The position numbers and the translations under genes were made by a program. This document shows positions 53,491 through 64,000 of a DNA stretch of 64,000 nt, in pieces; the stretch's first letter is position 1; every line of letters starts with the position of its first letter. The stretch comes from the human T2T-CHM13v2.0 reference genome, Homo sapiens, in the NCBI RefSeq assembly GCF_009914755.1, contig NC_060934.1. The stretch is one strand, 5' to 3'. The notes beneath the pieces are model-generated. The model searched no databases. It saw only the letters and a list, made by a program, of their open reading frames with translations, and had not been told where the DNA came from.

Positions 53491-53874
53491 CAGCAGTTTT
53501 TAGTCTACAATTTTGAGTGAAGGTCAGGACACCGAATGTTGATAAAAACAGCAGCAACCCCAGCAGTAGCAGCAGCATTATAATCATCAGCTGCTAATAG
53601 AGCACTAAGATTTAGAAGGCTCAAGCATTAAATACTTACAATCAAAAGCTACAGAAGTTGCCGACTCTCCAAACAGAAATTAACATTTGTTTTGAAGTAA
53701 GCACTGTAGCTGCCTCAGATTCATGGTCATGACAGTTGTAACCATTAATAGGTTAAATGTACTTATTTAAAGAAAAAGATTGTCATAATGGGTCACATCC
53801 AACTACATGCTGCTTATCATAACACGCATTTTTAAAAATAAATTCTATCTCAATTGTGTTGGTCTCTCTATGAT

Positions 53875-55765
53875 TGACATGGTTTGGCTGTGTCCTCACC
53901 CAAATCTCATCTTGAATTGTAATCCCTATAATCCTCATGTGTCTAGGGAGAGAACTGGTGTGAGGTGATTGGATCATAGGGTTGGTTTCCCTTCATGCTG
54001 TTCTTGTAATAGTGAGTGACTTCTCATGAGATCTGATGGTTTTGTAAGAGGTTCTCCCCACTTCGCTCCTCACTCTTTTCTCTGTCCTGCCGCCATGTGA
54101 GAAGGCCCAAGCTTGCTTCCTCTTTGCCTTCCGCCATGATTGTAAATTCCTTGAGGCCTCCCCAGCCATGCAAAACTGTAAGTCAATTAAACCTCTTTTC
54201 TTTATAAGTTACCCAGTCTTGGGTATGTCTTCATAGCTGTGTGAAAACAGACTAATACAGTAAATTGGTACCTCAGAGAGTGGGGTATTGATACAAAAAT
54301 ACCTGAAAATGTGGAAGAGAATTTGCAGTTGGGTAACAGGCAGAGGTTGGAACAGTTTAGAGGGCTCAGAAGAAGACAGGAAGATGTGGGGAAGTTTGGA
54401 ACTTCCTAGAGACTTGTTGAATGGTTTTGACCAAAATTCTGATAGTGATACAGACAATAAAGTCCAGGATGAGGTGATCTCAGATGGAGATGAGGAACTT
54501 ATTGGGAACTAGAGCGAAGGTCACTCTTGCCATGCTTTAGCAAAGAGACTAGTGGCATTTTGTCCCTGCCCTAGAGATGTGTGGAACTTTGAACTTGAGA
54601 GAGATGACTTAAGGCATCTGGTGGAAGAAATTTGTAAGCAGCAAAGTGTTCAAGATGTGGTCTGTGTGCTCTTAAAAGCATTCAGTTTTATGCATTCACA
54701 AATAGATGATTTGAAATTGGAACTTATGTTTAAAAGGGATACAGAGCATAAAAGTGGAAAATTTGCAGCCTGATGATGCGATAGAAAACAACCCATTTTC
54801 TGGGGAGAAACTCAAGCTAGCTGGAGCTGTGAGAAGAGGGCCACCATCTTCTAGATCCCAGAATGGTAGATCCAATGGCAGCTTGCACCATGCAGCTGGA
54901 AAAGCTGCAGACACTCAATGCCAGCCTGTGAAAGCAGCTGGGAGGAGGGCTGTATCTTGCAAAACCACAAGGGTAGAGCTGCCCAAGACTGTGTGAGTCC
55001 ACCTCTTGCATCAGTGTGACCTGGATGTGAGACATGGAGTCAAAGGAGATCATTTCAGAGCTTTAAGATTGAATAGCTGCCCTGCTGGGTTTTAGACTTG
55101 CATGGGGACTGTAACCCCTTTATTTTGGCCAATTTCTCCCATTTGGAATGGGAGCATTTATCCAATGCCTATACCCCCATTGTATCTAGGAAGTAACTAA
55201 CCTGCTTTTGATTTTACAGGCTCGTAGGTGGAAGGGACTTGCCTTTTCTCAGATGAAACTTTGGACTTGGACATTTGGGTTTATGCTGGAATGAGTTAGT
55301 TAGGACTTTGGCAGACTGTTGGAAAGGCATGATTGTGTTTTGAAATGTGAGGACATGAGATTTGGGAGGGGCCAGGGATGGAATGATATAATTTGGCTGT
55401 GTCTCCACCCAAATCTCATCTTGAATTGTAATCCCTATAATACCCATGTGTCTAGGAGAGACTGATGTGAGGTGATTGGATCATGGGGGTGGTTTCCCCT
55501 ACACTGTTTTTGTGAAAGTGAGTGAGTTCTCATGAGATCTGATGGTTTTATAAGGGGCTCTTCCCCCTTCACTCCTCACTCTTCTCTCTCCTGCTGCCAC
55601 ATGAGAAAGGTCTAAGGTTGCTTCCCCTTTGCCTTCTGCCATGATTATAAGTTTCCTGAGGCCTCCCCAGCCATGCAGAACTGTGAGTCAATTAAACCTC
55701 TGTTCTTTATAAATTATCTAGTCTCAGGGAAGTTCATTATAGCAGAGTGAAAATGGACTAAGGCA
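53875..55765 (+). mobile_element. THE1 (THE1D-like) MaLR provirus: LTR 53875-54259, internal 54260-55383, LTR 55384-55765
   Basis: Two direct LTRs, THE1-int sequence, a polypurine tract before the 3' LTR, and a 5-bp TSD atgat/atgct. Confidence 0.93.
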
Positions 55766-55867
55766 ATGCTACTTTAAGGTTTCTTGATTGGCCTCATATA
55801 TAGTCAGTTCTTATAAGTGTTTTATGTGTACTTGAATAGAATTTTCTAGGTATTGAATTGACATTTT

Positions 55868-56030
55868 GTATGTATGTATGTATGTACGTATGTATGTATT
55901 TTTGTATTTTAGTAGAGACGGAGTTTCACCATGTTGCCCAGGCTGGTCTCAAACTCCTGAGCTCAGGCAATCTGCCCGCCTCGGCCTCCCAAAGTGCTAG
56001 GATTATAGGCGTGAGCCACTGCGCCCAGCC
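55868..56030 (-). mobile_element. Alu left monomer with a (TATG)n tail
   Basis: Left arm only; tetranucleotide repeat at 55868-55898. Confidence 0.9.
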
Positions 56031-56031
56031 A

Positions 56032-56335
56032 ATTTATTTATTTATTTTTAATTTGAGATAGAGTCTTGCTCTGTCACCCAGGCTAGAGTGCAGTGGCACA
56101 ATCTTGGCTCACTGCAACCTCTGCCTCCCAGGTTCAAGTGATTCTTGTGCCTCGCATCCTGAGTGGCTGAGACTACAGGCGTGCACCACCATACCCAGCT
56201 AATTTTTGTATTTTTAGTAGAGACAGGGTTTCGCCATGTTGGCCAGGCTGGTCTCAAATTCCTGGCCTCATGTGATCTGCCCAGTTCAGCCTCCCAAAGT
56301 GCTGGGATTATAGGCAGAAGCCACCGTGCCTGGCC
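56032..56335 (-). mobile_element. AluS-type SINE
   Basis: Reverse-oriented dimeric Alu with a (TTTA)n tail. Confidence 0.94.
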
Positions 56336-56349
56336 TGAATTAACATTTT

Positions 56350-58560
56350 ACAAAAGTTAATTAGAACAATCTCATTGATTGTATAGTTCTCATGAATTGC
56401 ATTATGATTTTTTTGTCCACTTCAGTTATTGAAAGAAGTATCTCTCCTGATGATGGTAAATTTGCCAATTTCTGCTTTCAGTCTTGACAATTTTTGCTTT
56501 ATATCTAAGTTAGGTTAATAGTTTCCTGATGTTTGAATATTTTAACAATACATTGTGAACCTCTTTACAACTAGATGTGCTTTTTAAGGGGTATTTTTTC
56601 TTTGTATTTGTCCCACTTATTCAGCATGCATGTTTGCACGTTTCTTTTTTAAATTCAAAAAAGTCTTCTTTTTGATTAAACCATGTTTACATTTTATTCC
56701 ATTTTCCCCTTCTACTATCTTGGAAATTATATAGTTATATTTTTAGCGAATACTGATATATTTAAGCATACATATTAAATTAAAATTGAAAGTGAACAAA
56801 TACCTTTATCCTTCTCCTAAATAATACTAGAGCCTTAGATTACTAACTCTAAGTTTATATGCTTTTATTGTTCAGGATTATTTTATTTCTTTGGTTCTAT
56901 CTTATACAGTTAATGTTTGTTTTTATTCATGAAAAGCGTCTTTCTTGGATCTCAGATTCTCCCTCTAGGCTCATTTTCCTCTTCCAAAAGTATTCTGTGA
57001 AGTTCTTAAAATGAACTTCTAATGGAGATAGAACTCTCTCAGATTTTGCTTTCCTTAAAATGTCTTTATTTTATCTGCATTTGTGAAATATAATTTTTCT
57101 TGGTATATAATAATAAATTGAAAATATTTTTCTCAAGACTTTAAAGATATGATACCAATGTAGTTTAGCTTCTTTTGAGACTGTTAGGAAGTCAAGTGTT
57201 TTTTGTTTTTCTTTTTTTTTTTTTGCTCTCTCACCCAGGTTTGAAGTACAGTGGTGCAATCATAGCTCACTACAGCCTTGAACTCTCAGACTCAAGCAAT
57301 CCTCCTGCCTCAGCTTCCCAGGTAGCTAAGACCACCACACCCAGCTAGTTTTTTATTTTTTATAGAGACAGGGTCTTGCTATGTTGCCCAGGTGGTCTTG
57401 AACTCCTGGCCTCAAACGATCCTCCTGCCTTAGCTTCCCAAAGTGCTGGGATGTAAGTGTGAGCCACCATGTCCAGCCTGAGAGGTCTTTCTTAATTTGG
57501 CTGTAGGTCCTTTGCAGTTAATTTTTCTTTTATATCTAGCTGCTTTTATGGTTTTTTCTTTGTCTTTGATGTTGTGCAGTTTTATTCAGTTATTTTAAGA
57601 TTTGAGGTTTTTTTTGGTTTACCTTTGTTGACTTCATTGGGATTTCTGAATCTGAAGACTTAATTTTGTAATTAATTTTGGAAATTGTTCAGCTATTAGT
57701 TCTCCCAATATTTCCTTATTCCCATTCTCTCTAACCTCTTTTCATGAAATTCTAATTAGGGATATACTAGATATTCTCATTCTATCTTCACATATCTTGA
57801 TCTATTTTCAGTATTTTCTATCTCTATCTCTCCATGCTAAATTCTGTGTAATTTTTTGTGATTTATCTTTTAGTTCACCATTCTCCTTACATCTATGGTT
57901 TTTTTGATGTTCAATTTGTCCTTTGAGTTTCAAATTTAAATTATTTTATTTTTCATTTGTAAACGTTCTATTTGGCTCTTTTTCAAATCTGCATGATCAA
58001 TTTTGATAGTCTCTTTCTCCCTAGTCATACTGTCAGTACTCTTATTTCTTCCAACATATTCAACATAGTTATTCTATATTGTGTGTCTGGTTATTCCAAA
58101 ATTTTCAGGCTTTATAAGGTTGGCTCTGGCTTTTTTTGTTGTTGTTCTTGTTGGACGACTATTGCTCATAATTGCATGGTTTTCTGTCTGTTTTGAGATA
58201 TATATATATATATATATATAAATATATATACACACACTATATATATACACACACACACAATTTTATATTATCTCTCTCTATATATATTTCTTTATATATG
58301 TTTATTTATAATACATATATATTTCTATTGTGAGCTCATGCTCCTAGGAACTTTATCTGAAAGATTCTTTGTGCCTGCATTTAAATAATGTTCCTTTGGA
58401 AACGTGCTTTGGTTTCTGCCAGAGGCCTTAGGGCAATATTGCCCATGACCACTTTAACTAGATTTATACAATATGCTGGCAGAATGAATTCTGGCACCAA
58501 ATCTGCTTAAGGGTGGGTTTGTGGTTTGGCATCTCAGTAAGACATTTTGTTAAGTAACTT
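56350..58560 (-). mobile_element. Decayed L1ME-type ORF1/ORF2 region, interrupted by an AluJ and a (TA)n/(CA)n tract at about 58198-58325
   Basis: T-rich antisense L1M motifs (aaaatgtctttattttatct, ttttggaaattgttcagctatt). Confidence 0.55.
57200..57478 (-). mobile_element. AluJ-type SINE
   Basis: atcatagctcactacagccttgaactc J-type motif; dimeric with small deletions. Confidence 0.92.
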
Positions 58561-61500
58561 CCTCAAAATGAGATAGAATATCTCTCTTAAGCTGATGGTT
58601 TATAGCATATCTTATAATTAAATAATATAGGCTTTTTAAATAAAATCAGAAACTAAAATTCTTAGTAACACCAATAGTATTTAACATTGCTCTGGTTGGT
58701 ACAATAAGATAAAAAATGGAAAAAAGATGTATAATTATTAGAAAGAAGGAAAACATGGTTGAAAACAGTAGTGAATCCAATAAACTTGATCAAGTTGAAA
58801 TATTTTTACATAAAATTGATTTCCTTATATATCAGTGATAACTAGTAAGAAAAATGATTTTTAATTAATTATGCAACATCCTTTACAATTTGACAAAATG
58901 ACGCTAAAGGTAAAATACAATAATAATATTTAAAATTTTTTGTAAAGAAATTCAATGAGTAGAGACTTGCTTTGTCATATATTTAAATACATTATAAAGC
59001 TACAGTAATTAAAATAGGCTGGTACTATTTAATAATAATGATGAACCAGAATAGTTATCTCTGAAAAAAATCCTAAACCATATTAAGTATTATAACAGAA
59101 ACTTAACAAAGCACTGGGGAACAAATGCATTTTAATATTGGCTAGAAAATTGGATATAAGGAAAAAATTAACTTAGGTATTCTTTTTCCACTTCTGAGAC
59201 ACATTTCTCACCCATTTCTAATTTTCTACTTCTGTAGCCATATGAAGAATGTACCTTCTTAGGTATACAGCATCTCTGCTCCTAGGTTTGCTCTCACAAC
59301 TTTATATTAAAAGTTCAAACTCCCTGGGACACCCTTATTCACATGCAAACACATCAGAGACTTTTTCCATCTGAAAAATTAAATTTTTGGCAGTGTGTAT
59401 CAAGGGTCAGAGGTTGCGTTCCCAAAGGCCAGCTCTAAATTATATCTCTGACAGGGAAATAGAGGACTAAAGAAATTTAAGGAGTGGAAGACTTTAATGT
59501 TAGAGACCAAGACCAAAAAGAAATGGGTGAAATATTTCTTCAATTATTGATTCAGTCAAATGAGCATCCTGGTGTCTGGCATTTGTTGCCATGAGACACA
59601 GTATTAAGGTCTTTCAAGAGTTTACATCTTACTGGGGGAAATGAAACACATGCAAAGTAATAACAGAATCATTATCCACTAAACGGTATAGTATTGATGT
59701 GTGTGCAAATGAACGTTCTAAGTAAAGGGGAGGACTTAGTTCAGAAAACAGATTCACATGAGGAGAGAAGTTGGACAAGGAGCTGGGGGCCACACTGTTT
59801 TAGGGGTGGTGGTCTGCTCTCCTTTCTCATGGCGGTGGAGGTTGATGATACGTTTGCCCTTCTCCAGTCCATTTGGAACTGGCTGGCTCAACTGCCCTCT
59901 AGCCATGAGAGTTACTACAATTTAGCTCTTTTATATGGCTCCCAGGCTCAGCAGCACCTGTAATGAAGAGCAAGCCAATCATATCAGTAAGTCCAACAAA
60001 AAAAATCTAACTTTCCCTGGATGATAAAAGATAGCCAGGGAGAGAGAGGGGAGAAAGATGGGAAAGGGAGGCTGAGAGAGAAGTAAACATGCTCCTGATG
60101 TCTCTCTCTCCTCTTTCTTGCCTTGCTAGCAGAACCAAGCCAAAGGAGCACAAAGTACTCTCTGCCTTTTGGCATTCTACCTCCTTGGCTGCGTGTCTAC
60201 TGCTGGTCCCAGGTCAAGAACTAGGCCTCACTATTCAGAGGGACCACCTGCAGATTTTACTTGCTTTTTAAAAATCTCAGATCTAGTTCTTATATATAGG
60301 TTACAGCAGCCAAAATTCAGCTATGATAACACTCCTCACCAAATATGTCCTGGGCAACTTTGTTACCTCCAACTTTATCTACGGCAGGGACTTTTGTAGT
60401 ATTTATAATCATTCAACACAATTTTACAGTTTTAATTGAAGAGTAAAGTTCTGGAAGTAAATACTTCTGAAATGATGGCATGGGCCATGCGGAGAAAAGA
60501 TGGTTTTACTCACAGTCCTTCCCTTTACATATTTCACTCTTATACTGTCATCTTTGAGGAAAAGTACTTGTTTTACTTTCTTCCATATTATGTCCCTGGA
60601 GGTAGGGGGCTATATTAATTGATAAAAGCAGTTGTTTACATATCTAGTTAAAACCGTTGAAGAGGTTTGAATTAACAGCCTCATTTGGGAGACTTAAGGA
60701 TTATAAGATCTAAAGAAGTGATAGGAGAAGGTAATTGGCCTGGAAAAGATTCAGAAAGATAAATGAATGTGGAAATTGTATTCTTGTCAGCAGACACCAA
60801 AATTGCCTGACAAACCCTTACTTCCCTTTTTACAGGTTAACTATCTATTTTAAAAGGGGGAAATGATAGAGGTGAAATGACACCCTTCTAAATGTCAGGA
60901 AATATAATTCAAGTAAAAAAGTGTGTGGTTTTTTTCTCCTCTTCCTGCTGAGGGTTATACCTACCTCTTCCTAGGAAACTATGATGTACCATTTAAGATT
61001 TATAGAAAATTCTGGAGTAATGTTTTTACCCCTAAGAAACAAGATATGATTCATTTAGCATAAGCAACTCAGGTCTCTTTCTCCATCCTGATTGTACACT
61101 TTTGAGGAATATCAATTGAGCTTCAGATCTTGAGTCTGAAATTCTGTCTCCCTACTCCCTGCCTGTATGACTTTAGGCTGCTTGTTGTTTTGTAATTTCT
61201 TAAGTCAGTGCCTCCCACAGGAACCATGACATATTAATAGTTATTAGGCAAAACAACAATAAAATTCTTTGGACGAATATATTTTTGAAATGCCTGGCTT
61301 AAATAAAATTAAGTGGAACTTCTCGGTCCCTGATATGGTTATGTACAGTGTAAATCTTTAATGGAAAGATATTATTAAATTATTTTTGGTGTTTTAAAAC
61401 TACTTTTATCTGAATTACAAAACTTTTTAAAAAGTTATTCAAACATGATGAAAGTGTATAAAGTGAAAAAATAAAAGTACTGCTTTGGTATCAGAACTGG

Positions 61501-61804
61501 CAGCCCCATTCTCCAGGGTAACTACTGTCAGTGGTTTCTTAATACCCTTCCTGAAATTTTCTACAAATGAGCCCGCATATTTACTTCCCGTTTAATAACG
61601 GAAACACAATCTTACCATAGCTATCATTTATATCTTGCTTTTGTTAAAGCAACATATCTTGGATAGATTTCTAGCAGTTCATGGGGACCTACCTAATTTA
61701 ATAACATGAATTGCCATGGTTTACTAGTCTTTCAGAGCTGGGAATTTCATTTTTTTTCCAGTTTGTTGCTGTTAGAAACAATGCTGCAACAAACACATTT
61801 ATTC

Positions 61805-62172
61805 TGTTATGGTCTGAAGGTTTGTGTCTCCCCAAAATTCGTATGTGAAATCTAATTTCCAATGTGTTCGTATTTAGAGCTGGGGCCGTTAGGAGGTGAT
61901 TTGGTCATGAGGGCTACGACTTCTTGAATGGGACTAGTGACCTTACAAAAGAGGCTTGAGGGAACTTGTTTCCCCCTTCCACTGTGTGAGGATGCAGCAA
62001 GAAGTCGCCACCTCTGAAGGAGAGAGTGAACCCTCACCAGATGTCAAATCTACCAGTATCTTGATCTTGAATTTCCCAGTCTCCAGAGCTGTGAGCAATA
62101 AATTTATACTGCTTAGAAACTACCCTGTCTAAGGTATTTTGTTATAGGAGCACAAACTAATTGACTAAGACA
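61805..62172 (+). mobile_element. MLT1A-type MaLR solo LTR nested in an old L1ME 3' fragment (about 61380-62450)
   Basis: tgttatggtctgaaggtttgtgtctccccaaaattc...ggtattttgttatagg...gactaagaca. Confidence 0.85.
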
Positions 62173-63310
62173 ATTCACATACCTTTGTTGAACTTCTGTG
62201 AGACTATCTCCAGGATAAATTCCTAGTAATAGAACTGCTGAGTCAAAGGGTAAGCATATTTAAAATTATTTCTGATATAGCTAAATGGCCCTTCAAAATC
62301 ACAATCCCCCCAATAGTAAATGAGAGCTCTTATTTCTCCACATTCTTAACACTGGGTAATGTTTGCTAATCTGTTAGTTTAAAACATATCTTATTTTATT
62401 TTTAGTTTTCAGTTAGTTATGTATGAGTGTGGCATTTTTGCATACAAATCCAATTTGTAAACTCTTTCCCAAAGATCTGACTTTTTCTTGCCCCACTAGA
62501 AACAACAATGCCAACCTCAGGATTACTGTACAGATTCAATCCATGTAAAGTGAGAAGTTCAGGGTTTGGCACACAATAAGTGCTCATCAAATGCTATTTG
62601 AAAAACCAACCTATCAAGCCTGACTCACTTCATTTGAAAGGATTAGAGTTACTGAGGTTTTATTGTACCTCACTTCATCAATGGGAAATGCAGATTTCAG
62701 AAAACAATGTAGATGGGAGGAAAGTGCTCTCCACACTTACAGTATTTATCACATTGTATTTTCATTGTCTATTTGTCTGTCTCCCCTCTAGATTGAGGGG
62801 TACCTGAATTTATGGATATTGTCTTAGTTTACATTTCTTTTTTTTCCCTTGAAATCATGATTTTATTGAGTTGAAGGCATTTCAACCACAGGTGATTAGT
62901 ATCATCTGAATCTACCCACAGCTCAATCAAGTCTAAGGCTAAAAACATTCAATCTCTTAAAAAAAAATGAGCAAGCAATTTTTCCTCTGTAGTTCAAGTT
63001 CATTGAGTTGATAACTCTTGTCCCAGAAGGAAAAAACTGCTATCTTATAAGCCACAAACTAAACATATGTAGTTAATTAACAAATTAATTAACGTGAGAT
63101 ACCAACTCAGTCAAAATTTCAACAACTTACATTAAAATAAGCAAAGTCTTTCCAGTCATCTTCAAATTCTTCCTAAAATTTATTTTAAAAAGTGAAACTA
63201 TCAAAATATCTATTTATTTATACTTTCATCACATTTAGCAGTGAATTTGATTTATAAACTTTAAGCATAAGCTTCCATAATAAAGAATATATTGTATACT
63301 GGTACATTGA

Positions 63311-63829
<519 letters not shown>

Positions 63830-64000
63830 TAACTACATTGTGGGTTTGGAAGTATAAGAGAGGTTGCTCTGTGATCCTTTCCTGCCAAACAAAGCCTCAC
63901 TATGGGTTGATTTTTAGCAATAAATATAAAGAGACTTGAAAATGTCAGTTTTGTATAAAGCTAGGATGATTGTTATTCAGTGTTTTATTCTTTTACTATT

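Noticed and set aside
55868-57478. Local inverted-Alu editing or dsRNA hotspot
   Set aside because: All three neighbouring Alus have the same orientation, as do the pair at 38033-38972.

Overview
Primate, most likely human, genomic DNA containing the 3' part of RNLS (renalase) on the minus strand. Three coding exons are recognisable. The 176-nt penultimate exon (42592-42767) encodes E234-Q292. The main terminal exon (CDS 13454-13606) gives the 342-aa isoform, with a poly(A) signal at 12225-12230. An alternative distal terminal exon (CDS 3044-3115, ending ...MMAIGFPI*) gives the 315-aa isoform. Everything above 42767 is the upstream intron. The rest is transposon-rich: two decayed full-length L1s antisense to RNLS, older L1M fragments, 10 Alus, THE1/MLT LTRs including a two-LTR THE1 provirus, DNA-transposon fossils, MIR/L2 and microsatellites. 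There is no prokaryotic system, CRISPR array or RNA gene, and I cannot support a wholly new biological system here. The most promising signal is a set of candidate alternative C-terminal routes after the phase-0 junction at Q292: a 90-nt exon with strong splice sites, an intronic poly(A) read-through, a 333-nt exon, an 81-nt in-frame exon and an Alu poison exon. Most would delete the C-terminal FAD-binding motif but keep the signalling-peptide region. Repeat subfamily names and residue numbers come from recall, not a database search, and old-repeat boundaries are approximate.
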